The notes under the pieces are model-generated. The model was given only the letters and a program-made list of their open reading frames with translations, did no database searches and was not told the origin of the DNA. DNA of 64,000 nucleotides from Candidatus Thermosaccharophagus tengchongensis (lineage in GTDB: Bacteria; Armatimonadota; Fervidibacteria; Fervidibacterales; Thermosaccharophagaceae): assembly GCA_032161105.1 (NCBI GenBank), contig JAVHTD010000005.1; one strand, 5' to 3'. The stretch's first letter is position 1. Every line of letters starts with the position of its first letter. Of the stretch, positions 13,379-24,510 are shown piece after piece. The position numbers and the translations under genes are program-made.

Positions 13379-13610
13379 TGTTCAAGTGCACCCCCACAAG
13401 TTGGGTCAGCCAGCGGCAATTAAAGTTTGGCGGCAAGCGCTGCAGCGCGCAATATGTCATGATATCATGCTGAGCTAAGGGTTCCGTGAGCATGAGAAAG
13501 CAGTGATCCTTTCATAGCCTGAGTGCCAGTTTGACGGCATCACTGTGCCATTGGCGAAATTTGAAGATGGCTGCCAAGATGCAAAAGCGATTTGCGGGGA
13601 GTGAGGCGAA

Positions 13611-15059
13611 GTGAACTCGTGTAGCCATCAACATCTCTCCGCAAGGCTAAAGCTGCTCATCCTGCTCGTCATCCTCACCCATGCTGTGCTCTCGGTGTCA
13701 TACAACTTCATCATACCGTTGGGTTATGGTCCTGATGAACCGCACCATTACGGCTATGTGCAGCACCTTGTGCTCTACCGCTCTTTGCCGGTGCTCGGAC
13801 CTTCCACACACCCGTATCTATGTCACAGAGACCCACGCCCTCCAAATGCCATCGGCATACATCCGCCACTTTACTATGCCATCCTTGCACCCATCTATCG
13901 TCTCCTTGCCGATGGGAGGATTGATTTCACCCCGTCAGGTAGTGAGAAGCTCCCCTTTAAGCTGCTTCCGTATGAGCGCAGCAGGCTAATTCAAAGGGTG
14001 TTTCGCCTGTTCTCATTGTTGATGAGCTTGGCGACACTCTGGTTCGTTTGGGGCATAACATCATCTGTGTTCAAGGATGCGGAGTTATCGTTCGCCGTCT
14101 TGGCATTTGTTGCGCTGCTACCACACTACCTCATGTTGAGCGCGGTCATCAACAACGATTCCATCACGATACTCACAGCCCACGCATTCCTATTCACGGT
14201 CATATACAGCATGGGCAGTTCCGTAAACCCATTAGTCGGCTCTGGGCTAATCGGCATGTCTTGTGGCTTAATGCTCTTGAGCAAAGCCTCGTCGCTTTCA
14301 CTCACACCGCTACAGGTTATCGGAGCGCTTTCTTGCGGACGCAGGGCACAATCACGCATGCAGCGTTTGGCATGCATAGCGCTGGCACTCGTTCTGCCAG
14401 CCGCAATTGCTGGTTGGTGGTATGTGCGCTTCTATATCCTCAATGGCAGGCTGATGCCGATAGTCAAATGGGTTTATGAGCCGAGCATGCTTCTAAGCTC
14501 ACCTGCTGAGTTCCTGACTGACGGGCGCTCATGGCGGTTGCTGTGGCGGTTCATCAAAGGCTCACACCGAAGCCTTTGGGCACAGGTTGATTGGTTCATC
14601 TTCAAGCCCGAGCACGGCAAGCTATGGAGCCAATTCTACGGCTCACCAAACGCGGCGTTCTATCCATACTCGGAGGCAGTTTATTCGCTCATTGTGCTCT
14701 TGACCGTGCTCTCACTCTTTGGTTTGCTTCTGCGGTTTGCCATATGGCTTCGCAACCGGGATTTGAAACCGCATTATAGTCTTCAAATTGTTGCAGCGAT
14801 GCCATTTGCCCTCCTTTATGCAGCGCTGATGGACTACACTCTGTTCACCCATCCGGGTGGATATGAAGGCGGCAGGTATCTAATGCCAGCCATATGCTCT
14901 TTCGGGATCATCTTCTGGTGTGGCATCAGTGACTTGATTGGGGAAGGCTATCGCAAAGTTGCGATAGCGTGCGTCATCCTGCTCCTTCTTGCGCTGAATG
15001 CCCTTTGCATCGGCAACTTGGTCACATTCCTCAATCCACTCTATGCGCCGTCGTTTTAG
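13611..15059 (+). CDS. Polytopic membrane glycosyltransferase, GT-C/ArnT-like (DUF2142-like)
   Basis: PDEPHH, HPPLYY, INND, GRYLMP motifs; many TM helices. Confidence 0.7.
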   Translation: MNSCSHQHLSARLKLLILLVILTHAVLSVSYNFIIPLGYGPDEPHHYGYVQHLVLYRSLPVLGPSTHPYLCHRDPRPPNAIGIHPPLYYAILAPIYRLLADGRIDFTPSGSEKLPFKLLPYERSRLIQRVFRLFSLLMSLATLWFVWGITSSVFKDAELSFAVLAFVALLPHYLMLSAVINNDSITILTAHAFLFTVIYSMGSSVNPLVGSGLIGMSCGLMLLSKASSLSLTPLQVIGALSCGRRAQSRMQRLACIALALVLPAAIAGWWYVRFYILNGRLMPIVKWVYEPSMLLSSPAEFLTDGRSWRLLWRFIKGSHRSLWAQVDWFIFKPEHGKLWSQFYGSPNAAFYPYSEAVYSLIVLLTVLSLFGLLLRFAIWLRNRDLKPHYSLQIVAAMPFALLYAALMDYTLFTHPGGYEGGRYLMPAICSFGIIFWCGISDLIGEGYRKVAIACVILLLLALNALCIGNLVTFLNPLYAPSF

Positions 15060-15314
15060 GAGTGGGCTTGATGCCGGCTTCAATAGGCATGAAGTTCATG
15101 CCCGGCATGGCGATTTAATTAACCCGCAAGATGACTGCCTCACTTTCGTTTTCCCAAGATGGCTTTTAAGATGTGTAATCGGGCAGTGAAAGCTGCATCT
15201 CATGATCTGCGAAGTGGCAGTGGTCACGAACTTAACGCCGTTACGGTGGTTGGCGATAGCCTGCGAAGGTGAAGGGCATACCTTCGTCCACCGGTGAGGT
15301 GCTGCAGAAAAGCC

Positions 15315-16481
15315 ATGGAGTTTCGCACGCTCTACACAATTGACCAGAAGCTGTTTGGGCTCATCGCGAGCGTTGTGGGCATTGGCTTCAAGTGCGGGCA
15401 CTATAGCGCCGTTGCAGAACAATGGCAGAGGGTTGCCGTATCCAAGTATGTTGGGATGGGCAGTCTGCTTCTCACGACGCCACTGGTGAGGGCGCTCAGG
15501 GGGCGCTCAGAGGCGACAATTGCCCTCGTCACGCTCAAGCAGCATGAGGAATTGGCTTACATGCTCGGCTTTGATAAGTGCTTCACTCTGGATGCATCAT
15601 CCCCGGCTACAGCAATCAAGTCACTGTTGGGATTAATCATGTCGCTTCGCCGCTGGCATCCCGATGCATTCTTTGAGCTTGAGTTCTTTTCAAATGCGGC
15701 AGCGTTGATTGCCTTCCTTTCGGGGGCGAAGGTGCGCATCGGATTTCATCACGCACAATCGCCGCGCGGACGATTGTTAACGCATGTCATCCCAATTACT
15801 CCGAGGCACACATGCCAGCTCTTCCTTGCTCAAGCTTGGGCAATCGGAATTGAGGCGGAATTTGATTGGTCGCTTACACGCCCATCATATGAGTTGGAGA
15901 AGGTTCGTGAGCATGTTCTCAAGCTGCCACGCCCATTCATCGTCGTCAATCCAAACGCCGGTGAGATGGCTTTGCAGCGCCGCTGGTTTGGGGAGCGCTT
16001 CCGGGAGCTAATGATTCGCCTGTTGAATGCCTACCCGAACATCCATATATGCGTCATTGGCGCGCCAAAGGAAGCAAGCTATGTTAGGCATGTGCTCACC
16101 GGCATTGAGGAACACGAGCGCATACATAACTTGGTCGGGAAACTCAACCTGCATGAACTTTGCATGCTGCTTGATGAGGCTCTGCTGCTGGTCACAAACG
16201 ATAGCGGTCCAATGCACATTGCGGCGGCACTCGGCACACCGTGCGTTGCCATATTCGGTCCTGAATCGCCATCGCACTATGCCCCAATTGGGGATCAGCA
16301 CCAAGTCATATACAAGGCGTTGCCATGTTCGCCATGCCTTAACCCCTATGATGGCAAGATGTTTGCATGCCCATTTGAAATGGCGTGCATGCGTCTGATA
16401 AGCGTTGATGAAGTATTTGACAGCGTAGCCATACTGCTTGAAAGGCAAGCAGCCGTCAAGCGAGATTCCCAAAGCGCATGA
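15315..16481 (+). CDS. Glycosyltransferase family 9 (heptosyltransferase-like)
   Basis: LVTNDSGPMHIAAALGTPCVAIFGP, C-terminal PCSPC...CM; ATG 15315. Confidence 0.88.
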   Translation: MEFRTLYTIDQKLFGLIASVVGIGFKCGHYSAVAEQWQRVAVSKYVGMGSLLLTTPLVRALRGRSEATIALVTLKQHEELAYMLGFDKCFTLDASSPATAIKSLLGLIMSLRRWHPDAFFELEFFSNAAALIAFLSGAKVRIGFHHAQSPRGRLLTHVIPITPRHTCQLFLAQAWAIGIEAEFDWSLTRPSYELEKVREHVLKLPRPFIVVNPNAGEMALQRRWFGERFRELMIRLLNAYPNIHICVIGAPKEASYVRHVLTGIEEHERIHNLVGKLNLHELCMLLDEALLLVTNDSGPMHIAAALGTPCVAIFGPESPSHYAPIGDQHQVIYKALPCSPCLNPYDGKMFACPFEMACMRLISVDEVFDSVAILLERQAAVKRDSQSA

Positions 16482-19400
16482 AGGGGTGGATGGCAATGCG
16501 TGCTATGAATAAAGCCTTTAGCCTTTGCATCGGTCTCGTTGTGCTCTTCCCGTTCTCAATCGGCTATCCGATTGAACTTACTTTTACCGCTGCCATCAGC
16601 AAAGACGAGTGGGATTACGAAAACACGCTTGAGTTTCCACATCACCCATGGCGCACCGATAAGAGCAAGGGCGGTTATAGCGCACCAACGATGGAACGCC
16701 TGCTCGGCTTGCTTCACATTCAAGGTCCAATCCCGCCACATAGCAGTTGGGAAACTGCTCCGACAAAAGACCTGGTCAGGCACTTTCGCATTGCTTTCAA
16801 GCGCCCCGTGCAAGTCGGAACGCTGATTGGATTTATTGGTGATTGCGAAGTGAGCTACCTAAAGCCGGGGATCAATTCACCGAGTGACCCAAACAATGAG
16901 TTGCATTGGGCGAAGGTGGGCGAGCCCTTGCCGAGAAAGCCGTTTAGAGCTGTCACATTCCCAAAGGGCGCCGTTACGAGCGCCATCAGGCTCACATTCC
17001 GATTGCCACAGCCACCAGCCCAACCCAAACCCTCTGTCATATACGGCTTGGCGATTTTGCGCGAGAGGCTTTACGACTGGGCACAGTGGTCAACGCCAAT
17101 CGCCGAAAGTTACATTAGGCGAACCGCAGCCGAAGCCGAAAGGCACAGCCCATGGAGTTTAATTGATGGCAATGTGGATACCGACTGGAGAAGCGCAAGG
17201 GAAGAACCGATAACGGAGAGGTCGCCATCTTGGGTCATCTTGCGTTGGGAGCAACCAAGACGCATAAGCGGAGTGTGGCTTGTCAATGTATTTGGTAAGC
17301 GCATCGCTGTTGATGCGTATGTTGGGAGAGGCATTGTCAATCCGGCACTTGCCCACGAAAACGCATGGAAGCAAGTTGCTATAGCTGATGTTCCGATATG
17401 GTGGCGCCCACCTTACACCGACTTCGCTGTCAAATTCACCGAGCAAGTTGAAACGGCAGCTTTAAGGATTCGCATCGTAGAGCCATTGACGAGCGAAAAT
17501 CCGGACATCGCTTATGTGACGCAAGGCGGAAAGTTGAGAAACATTGCACGCATCGGAGAAGTTCTCGCACTTGAGGATGTTGGTGATAAGGACTTGCCGG
17601 TGCCCTCCAAGCCGAAGGAGTTAACACCGCCGATCCCGATTCGCTACGCGCTGCCAAAGGATGGCTATGTCACGATCGCGATAAACGACGCACACGGAAA
17701 ACGCCTCCGCAACTTGATTGCGCACTCCTTCAGGCGCAAGGGTGAGAATGTGGATTGGTGGGACGGGACTGATGATAATGGCAGGTTAGTTTCCCCCGGA
17801 AAATATGAGGCAACCATCATTTGGCGAGGGGAGCTCAATCTGCGCTACCAATTCTCGGTTTATTGGTCGGGGAAAACACCATGGCTTCTCCCAGACGGCA
17901 CTGGAGGATGGCTTTCAGATCACTGTCCACCGAGGAGCATAGCAATCGTTGGCGATAGGGTTTTCATCGGCGCATTCACTGCTGAATCCGGCGATACACT
18001 TATGGCGCTTGATCTAAAGGGAAATAAGCTTTGGGGAACCAAGTGGCTTGACCTCGGTGGGGCAGCGCTGCTTTGCTCTGATGGGGAAAAGCTCTATGTC
18101 GCAAGCAAAGGTGCTTGGCTCGGCTTTCGTGGCTTGCAAGCAACAATATCCGAGCTTGACCCAAAGACTTTCCAATTTCGCGGGTTGATGAGGTTGAAGG
18201 AGGATGCTGGCATTGAGGGCATTGCAGCACATAGCGGCACACTCTTCGTATCCTATCGCAACCGCGATGAAGTTGTGGCTTATGACATCGCCAAGCTTTC
18301 GCAATCTCCCGATGAACCCGAAAAGGCAATCATAAGGACATACAGCATCCACAAGCCGGGCGCAATTTGGTTTGATAAGCAGACAAGCAGCTTGCTCGTG
18401 GTCAGCTCAACAAGCATCGTCAAGGTTGACGCAACTTCAGGGGAGGTCAAAACGCTCATCACCGATTCACTTGATGAGCCGCAGTCAATATTTGTCTCCG
18501 AGGGTGGGGAAATTTTTGTCTCCGACAGGGGTCATAGCCACCAAGTCAAAGTCTTTTCCCCGGGTGGCAAACTCCTCAGGGTCATCGGTGAAGCTGGCGG
18601 GCGCACTGTTGGTCCATACAACCCGAAGCGCATGGCTAATCCCTACGGAATCGCCGTTGACGGCGCCGGAAGGCTTTGGGTTGCCGAAGAGGATTATCAA
18701 CCAAAGCGCCTCTCTATCTGGGATGCACGCACGGGCAAATTGCTCCGTGAGTTCATTGGCGGACCTGAGTATGGTGGTGGTCCAGTGTGGCTCAGCAGGG
18801 ATAAGCGCAGCGCCTACTACAGGGGCATGGAATTTGAGCTTGACTTTTCCAATGGCAATTGGAGGCTCAAACGGGTTTACTACCGAATCGGTGATGAGGC
18901 GCATGGGCACATCTTCCCAGTGACCCCGGATAGACCCATTGAGTTCAGCGGAAGGAGGCTTTTGGTCTATGACTTTGGGTTGCATACGGGCTATGTGCTG
19001 ATAGCTGAGGATATCGGTGACTACGCAAAGCCGCTTGCTGCATTTGGGTCATGTGAATGGGCAACTGGTGGCGCCGGCAGAAATCCATATGCATCGGGTG
19101 CGAGGCTATTGAGCGATGAATTTTTCCGGGCGCTGGGTGATAGGGACCCGTTCAAATTCAACTTTGTTTGGGCTGATGAAAACGGTGATGGGAGGTTGGA
19201 AATGGGCGAAGTGGGTTTCCACGAAGCACCGAAAGTCAACGGCGAAGTTGCGAGATTGTTCGTTTACTGGGGTTGCCTTTTGAGTCCGAAGGATTTGAGT
19301 GTTGCTATGGAAGGTGCTGGTAGGCTTTGGCTTGTCAAAGTCTCAAGCTGGACGAGAGCTGGCGCCCCAGTTTATGACCTTAAGGGCGCACGCCAAATCG

Positions 19401-20707
19401 GTCCAACACCGATAAGGGGAGTCGGCTGTGGACCGAGCACCGCTGTGCTTCCCAACGGCATGGTCGTTTACACGGGTGACCCAATACTCGGCATTGACAG
19501 TAACGGAACAGCCATTTGGTCATATCCAAATCCTTGGGGTGGCGTCCATGCCTCTCACGGCGCTCCATCTCCGATGCCGGGTAGAGTCATTGGGACGCTG
19601 CGAATCATCGGGGTTGCCAATGTCCCAACGCTTGGCGATGTTTTTGCAATCATCGGAAACAAGGGCGAAATCTATCTGTTCACGCACGATGGACTGCTCA
19701 TTGCAACGCTTTTCAAGGATCATCGCATCGCACCTTGGTGGAACATATTTCCTGAGCCAAGGCGTGGGATGTTAGTCGGCGACATCACGCTTCAGGAGGA
19801 ATGCTTTGGTCCGACATTCAATGCGACGAATGATGGACGATACTACTTCATCTGTGGACACCACCATGCAAGCATAGTTGAGCTTGAGGGGTTGAGAAAC
19901 TCGCAGCGGCTTAATGTGTGGCTAAAGCTGTCGCCAAAGGATATCTTGGCTTGCGAGCAATTCATCCTGCGGCGTGCTGCAATGGAGCGCAACAGGGAGG
20001 GCACACTGAAGTTGCTCTCAATTCGCAAGGCGCTTAAGCCGATGGAAATTGATGCCGACCTCGGTGAGTGGGATGAAAAGCAATTTGAGGATGTGATGAG
20101 CGATGGCGAGGCGAGAGCAAAGTTTGCCCTGATGTGGGATGAGCATTCGCTATATCTTGCGGCAAGGGTGAACGACAAAACACCGATGTTAAACAGCGCA
20201 AAGGATTTGCGCCTGCTGTTCAAGTTTGGGGATTGTGTTGATTTGCAGCTCGGATTGATGCGGACCCCGGAAAACCACCCACAGGAAATCTCTGTGGGCG
20301 ATGTGCGAATTCTCTTCTCGGTTGTCGGTGGCAAACCGGTGGCGGTCATATACCGATACAAAGTTCCGTGGGTGAAGGCGCCAGAGAGGTTCACATCGCC
20401 TGTGCGTAGCGTAAGCGTTGACGATGTGGAAACATTGACACGCTCAAAGGTTGCAGTGAAGCTGACCGGGAATGGATATGACATTGAGGCTGAAATCCCG
20501 TGGGATGAGATCTGGCGCAGCATCAAGCCGCCAACTGCGGGAGCTAAAATCCCGATTGACTTTGGGATACTGTTTTCAACTCCAACAGGCGATGGAACGG
20601 CTGAGCGAGTCTACTGGGCGAATAAACTTTCGGGAGTCGTTTCAGATCTGCCGAGCGAGGTTGAGGTGAGACCACACCTTTGGGGTTGGTGTGAGTTCAC
20701 CGAGTGA
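16478..20707 (+). CDS. Large secreted multidomain protein (discoidin-like, FlgD-Ig, NHL/beta-propeller, C-terminal CBM9/DOMON-like)
   Basis: Signal peptide; YVTIAINDAHGKRLRNL...WWDGTDDNG (FlgD-Ig); PYGIAVDGAGRLWVAE (NHL); IDADLGEW...MWDEHSLYLAARVND (CBM9-like). Confidence 0.75.
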   Translation: MKGWMAMRAMNKAFSLCIGLVVLFPFSIGYPIELTFTAAISKDEWDYENTLEFPHHPWRTDKSKGGYSAPTMERLLGLLHIQGPIPPHSSWETAPTKDLVRHFRIAFKRPVQVGTLIGFIGDCEVSYLKPGINSPSDPNNELHWAKVGEPLPRKPFRAVTFPKGAVTSAIRLTFRLPQPPAQPKPSVIYGLAILRERLYDWAQWSTPIAESYIRRTAAEAERHSPWSLIDGNVDTDWRSAREEPITERSPSWVILRWEQPRRISGVWLVNVFGKRIAVDAYVGRGIVNPALAHENAWKQVAIADVPIWWRPPYTDFAVKFTEQVETAALRIRIVEPLTSENPDIAYVTQGGKLRNIARIGEVLALEDVGDKDLPVPSKPKELTPPIPIRYALPKDGYVTIAINDAHGKRLRNLIAHSFRRKGENVDWWDGTDDNGRLVSPGKYEATIIWRGELNLRYQFSVYWSGKTPWLLPDGTGGWLSDHCPPRSIAIVGDRVFIGAFTAESGDTLMALDLKGNKLWGTKWLDLGGAALLCSDGEKLYVASKGAWLGFRGLQATISELDPKTFQFRGLMRLKEDAGIEGIAAHSGTLFVSYRNRDEVVAYDIAKLSQSPDEPEKAIIRTYSIHKPGAIWFDKQTSSLLVVSSTSIVKVDATSGEVKTLITDSLDEPQSIFVSEGGEIFVSDRGHSHQVKVFSPGGKLLRVIGEAGGRTVGPYNPKRMANPYGIAVDGAGRLWVAEEDYQPKRLSIWDARTGKLLREFIGGPEYGGGPVWLSRDKRSAYYRGMEFELDFSNGNWRLKRVYYRIGDEAHGHIFPVTPDRPIEFSGRRLLVYDFGLHTGYVLIAEDIGDYAKPLAAFGSCEWATGGAGRNPYASGARLLSDEFFRALGDRDPFKFNFVWADENGDGRLEMGEVGFHEAPKVNGEVARLFVYWGCLLSPKDLSVAMEGAGRLWLVKVSSWTRAGAPVYDLKGARQIGPTPIRGVGCGPSTAVLPNGMVVYTGDPILGIDSNGTAIWSYPNPWGGVHASHGAPSPMPGRVIGTLRIIGVANVPTLGDVFAIIGNKGEIYLFTHDGLLIATLFKDHRIAPWWNIFPEPRRGMLVGDITLQEECFGPTFNATNDGRYYFICGHHHASIVELEGLRNSQRLNVWLKLSPKDILACEQFILRRAAMERNREGTLKLLSIRKALKPMEIDADLGEWDEKQFEDVMSDGEARAKFALMWDEHSLYLAARVNDKTPMLNSAKDLRLLFKFGDCVDLQLGLMRTPENHPQEISVGDVRILFSVVGGKPVAVIYRYKVPWVKAPERFTSPVRSVSVDDVETLTRSKVAVKLTGNGYDIEAEIPWDEIWRSIKPPTAGAKIPIDFGILFSTPTGDGTAERVYWANKLSGVVSDLPSEVEVRPHLWGWCEFTE

Positions 20708-20796
20708 TTTTCCATGTAAGAGGGCATGCCCAATTCTCGCTCTATATGGTTGCCCTTGTGAGCATCGCATGAGGGGCATCAAAAGGTGAAGTAGGG

Positions 20797-22044
20797 ATGC
20801 TCTTCTTTGTGCCAATTGGGACGAGCGCAAAATTGCGCCGAACGCCAATTGCGACCTACATCTTCATCGGAATCAATGTGCTCGTTTATTTCCTCGAGCT
20901 CGTCGTCTTCTTTAGTGGCGGTAGTAATGCGCTTAGGGAGCTGTTTTACACATTCGGCTTTGTGCCATCTGAGCCAAGGTGGCATGCGCTGTTCACATCC
21001 ATGTTCGTTCACGATGCCCCATTGCCGTTTCATATAGCTGGCAACATGATATACCTTTGGATTTTTGGGAGGCACATTGAAGATGCTCTTGGGAGCGTTG
21101 TCTATGCCGTCTTCTACATGACAAGCCAGTTCGGTGCGATCTTCATGCAAGTCGTAGCACTCAGATTGCTGAACCCAAGGTGGCTATCCATACCGCAGGT
21201 TGGTGCATCTGGGGCTATAGCTGCGCTCCTCGGGCTTTTCGCCATTCGCTTCTATCATGAGCGCATAGAGCTGTTTTATGCCTGTGGTCCAGTCGCTTAT
21301 TTCAGGCATGGCACAACGCAGCTGCCATCACTGCTCGTGCTTGGCGTTTGGTTTGCGTTGGAGATTTTGAATGGTCTGCTCTCATCCGCTGGCACCGGTG
21401 GTGCAATGATTGCACACTGGGCGCATGTTGGCGGTTTCCTTGTCGGAGTTATCGCAGCCTTTTCATTTGGGTCTTTAAAGGATGCACAAGTTGAATCGCT
21501 CACCTCGCACGCCGAGTGGCTACTCAGGTGCGGCATGCGGCAAGCGGCGATGAAGTATCTGAAGCGCGCCGTCAGGGCGGATCCCACCAACGCGGTTGCG
21601 AGGCTGCTTCTTGCTGTCTCATCTGCGAAATCCGAGGGCGACAATGTGGCAACAGCCCATCTGCAAGCGGCTCTGCGTTACGGGGCGCACTCGGCATCCG
21701 GCGTTAGCTTTATTGCGGAAGCTATTGCATCGCTCCCGGAGGAACTGCGCGTGGAATTAACGCGAATTGGCACGCCGAAGATGAGGCTTGAAATGGCTGT
21801 GCTGCTTGAGCGCTCCCGCAACTACGATGCAGCTTTGGAACTGTTCAAAAGCGTCGCTTCGGATGAGCGTGCTGACGATGAGCATAGAGCGCTCGCCGCA
21901 ATACGCAGTGCTGACATACTTTTCAGGCATTGCGGCAATAGGGAAGGGGCAAGGAGAATGCTCAAATGGCTTTGTGAGCGCTTTCCAAGCTCTCATTGGG
22001 TTGACCTCGCAAGGCATATGCTTCGGCAGATTGGGATGGAGTAG
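20797..22044 (+). CDS. Rhomboid intramembrane serine protease with C-terminal TPR-like region
   Basis: HIAGNMIYLWIFG, GASGAI, AHWAHVGGF; helical repeats at the C-terminus. Confidence 0.88.
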   Translation: MLFFVPIGTSAKLRRTPIATYIFIGINVLVYFLELVVFFSGGSNALRELFYTFGFVPSEPRWHALFTSMFVHDAPLPFHIAGNMIYLWIFGRHIEDALGSVVYAVFYMTSQFGAIFMQVVALRLLNPRWLSIPQVGASGAIAALLGLFAIRFYHERIELFYACGPVAYFRHGTTQLPSLLVLGVWFALEILNGLLSSAGTGGAMIAHWAHVGGFLVGVIAAFSFGSLKDAQVESLTSHAEWLLRCGMRQAAMKYLKRAVRADPTNAVARLLLAVSSAKSEGDNVATAHLQAALRYGAHSASGVSFIAEAIASLPEELRVELTRIGTPKMRLEMAVLLERSRNYDAALELFKSVASDERADDEHRALAAIRSADILFRHCGNREGARRMLKWLCERFPSSHWVDLARHMLRQIGME

Positions 22045-22090
22045 CGCCGCAGCGAATGCGCCTAAAGTTTATCTTCGGGGGTGACGCGGG

Positions 22091-23017
22091 GTGAGTGTTA
22101 GGGTTGTCGTTGTTGGTGGCGCTAATGTTGACATGGTTGCAACTGCGCCGAGGCTCCCAAAGCCCGGTGAGACGGTGATTGGGACGAACTTCACAATCGC
22201 ATGCGGCGGCAAGGGCGCAAATCAAGCTGTTGCAGCCGCGCGGCTCGGCGCATCCGTTTCTTTCATCGGGCGTGTTGGAGACGACATGTTCGGGGAGATG
22301 CTTGAAAGAAGCTTGCGTGAAGCCGGCGTTGATACGACATTCTTAAAGCGGGACAGCAGCTCGCATACTGGGGTCGCTCAAATCTATGTCGCTCAAGATG
22401 GCGAGAATTGCATCATCGTTGTTCTCGGCGCAAATGGCAGGGTCAGCGGAGGAGACATTGAAGAAGCCGAGGAAAGGATCAGCAATTCGCATTGCCTCGT
22501 ATTGCAGCTTGAGATACCGTATGAGGCAGTGACCAGGGCGGTTGAGATCGCCAACAAACATGGAGTGAAGGTCGTATCCAACTTGGCACCAGCACAGGAG
22601 TTCGCTCGCGAACTTTTGAGCATGTGTGATGTTGTGACGCTTAACGAGAGCGAGGCAACGCAGATGACTGGGATCGCGATCAACGACTTGGATGATGCTA
22701 TGAGGGGAGCTAAGGCGCTGCTTGAGATGGGTGCAAGGGCGGTTGTGCTAACTATGGGTAAGCAAGGCGCTGTAGCAGCTGATGAGGGTGGCATTGAACA
22801 CATACCGGCTTTCAAAGTTGATTCAATTGATGCAACTGCAGCCGGCGACGCATTCACGGCAGCGCTCGCAGTCAGATTATGCGAGGGCGTATCATTGCGC
22901 GACGCGGTCGTGTTTGCAAATGCGGCTGGAGCACTCGCCACAACAAAGCTCGGCGCACAGCCATCGCTGCCATACAGGAGCGAAGTTGAAATGCTGCTCA
23001 GGGGCGCCATGAAGTAG
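22091..23017 (+). CDS. rbsK: Ribokinase
   Basis: GGKGANQAVAAARLG, NESEA, DATAAGDAF. Confidence 0.93.
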   Translation: MSVRVVVVGGANVDMVATAPRLPKPGETVIGTNFTIACGGKGANQAVAAARLGASVSFIGRVGDDMFGEMLERSLREAGVDTTFLKRDSSSHTGVAQIYVAQDGENCIIVVLGANGRVSGGDIEEAEERISNSHCLVLQLEIPYEAVTRAVEIANKHGVKVVSNLAPAQEFARELLSMCDVVTLNESEATQMTGIAINDLDDAMRGAKALLEMGARAVVLTMGKQGAVAADEGGIEHIPAFKVDSIDATAAGDAFTAALAVRLCEGVSLRDAVVFANAAGALATTKLGAQPSLPYRSEVEMLLRGAMK

Positions 23018-23053
23018 GCATCAGTTGATGATTCACTTTGGAGGTGGGTGTTC

Positions 23054-23605
23054 ATGTGCTGCAGTGCAATGCTCAAAATTCACGGCACCACAATACTGGC
23101 GGTTAAGCGCAATGGTGAGGTGGCGATGGCTGGCGATGGTCAGGTGACGATGGGTAACATCGCTGTGAAGCATACAGCCCGCAAGATACGCAAGCTCTAC
23201 GGCGGGAAAGTTCTTGCCGGGTTTGCTGGTGCAGTCGCAGATGCCCTTACGCTCTTTCAGAGGTTTGAGGATAAGCTGACCGAGTATCACGGCAATCTAA
23301 GGCGCGCCGCTTATGAACTTGCGAGGGATTGGCGCACCGACAGAGTCTTGAGGAGGCTTGAGGCGTTGCTCGTTGTCGCCGATGCCGAAGACCTATTGCT
23401 CATTGCCGGCTCGGGCGAGATCATTGAGCCAGATGATGGCGTGATTGGCATCGGGACTGGCGGTGGCTACGCAGAGGCTGCAGCGAGGGCGCTGCTCAAG
23501 TTTACAAACCTTGATGCGGCAACGATAGCGCAAGAGGCGCTCACAATAGCTTCTCGGCTCTGCATTTACACGAATGATCAAGTGGTCGTTGAGAAGTTGC
23601 CTTAA
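23054..23605 (+). CDS. hslV: ATP-dependent protease peptidase subunit HslV
   Basis: [40 protein letters not shown]; start 23054 or 23069. Confidence 0.95.
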   Translation: MCCSAMLKIHGTTILAVKRNGEVAMAGDGQVTMGNIAVKHTARKIRKLYGGKVLAGFAGAVADALTLFQRFEDKLTEYHGNLRRAAYELARDWRTDRVLRRLEALLVVADAEDLLLIAGSGEIIEPDDGVIGIGTGGGYAEAAARALLKFTNLDAATIAQEALTIASRLCIYTNDQVVVEKLP

Positions 23606-23618
23606 TGGCGTGGCGAGA

Positions 23619-24488
23619 ATGAGGGTTGACAGCGCTTTGAAGTTGGTCATCTCGGAGCTGCTCAATGTCGGCATTCCAACGCCGCAAGCCGATGGGGAGT
23701 GGCTTTTGGCTCATTTGCTCGGATGCTCACGGGCGGAGGTTTACCTCCATCGTGACAGGTTGCTCAACGAAAGCGAAGTGCAGCGCTTGAAAGAATTGCT
23801 GAGCCAGCGTCTTCGCCGACGCCCATTGGCATACATCATCGGCTGCTGGGATTTCTTCGGGCTGAGGATAAAGTTGGATGAAAGGGCAATGATACCCCGT
23901 CCCGAGACGGAGCAGCTTGTTGAGATGGTGATTGATGAGTTACGCCCCATTCATTCGCATGAGCGCAGTCTGCTCTTAGCCGATGTTGGCACCGGGAGTG
24001 GCGCAATAGCGATAGCGTTGGCTGTGCATCTTCCAAAGGCGCACATAATTGCCACTGACATTTCGGAACGGGCTTTGGAGCTCGCAATGGAGAATGCAAT
24101 GCTGCATGGAGTCAAAGGGCGCATCACATTCCTACACGGCTCGTTGCTTGAACCGTTAGAGACCATGCCGCATGTCAGGTTGAATGCGATTGTTGCGAAT
24201 CTGCCGTATGTCTCAGACGATGAGGTGGAGTCGTTACCGCCAGAGGTGGTCAATTATGAGCCAAGGGAAAGTTGGTATGGTGGTGCGGATGGATTGCTTT
24301 ACATCGGAGAGCTCATTGAGGAATCGCCAAAACGGCTTTGCGGCGGCGGTTTGATTGCACTTGAGGTTGGCACAAGCCAAGCCGAGAAAGTCGCAGGGAT
24401 GCTCGCTGCAACTCGTGAGTATAATCGGATTGAGGTGCGCTGTGATTATGCCGGTTTCCAAAGGTTCGTGATGGCATGGCGTAAATGA
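23619..24488 (+). CDS. prmC: Release factor glutamine methyltransferase
   Basis: PLAYIIG, IPRPETE, DVGTGSGAIA, ANLPYV (NPPY variant). Confidence 0.93.
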   Translation: MRVDSALKLVISELLNVGIPTPQADGEWLLAHLLGCSRAEVYLHRDRLLNESEVQRLKELLSQRLRRRPLAYIIGCWDFFGLRIKLDERAMIPRPETEQLVEMVIDELRPIHSHERSLLLADVGTGSGAIAIALAVHLPKAHIIATDISERALELAMENAMLHGVKGRITFLHGSLLEPLETMPHVRLNAIVANLPYVSDDEVESLPPEVVNYEPRESWYGGADGLLYIGELIEESPKRLCGGGLIALEVGTSQAEKVAGMLAATREYNRIEVRCDYAGFQRFVMAWRK

Positions 24489-24510
24489 GAGGTGATGGAG
24501 GCAATTAGTC

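Noticed and set aside
22393-23076. 227-aa minus-strand ORF (similar ones at 19843-20526 and 9298-9879)
   Set aside because: Antisense to well-supported genes, with low-complexity Ser/Ala content
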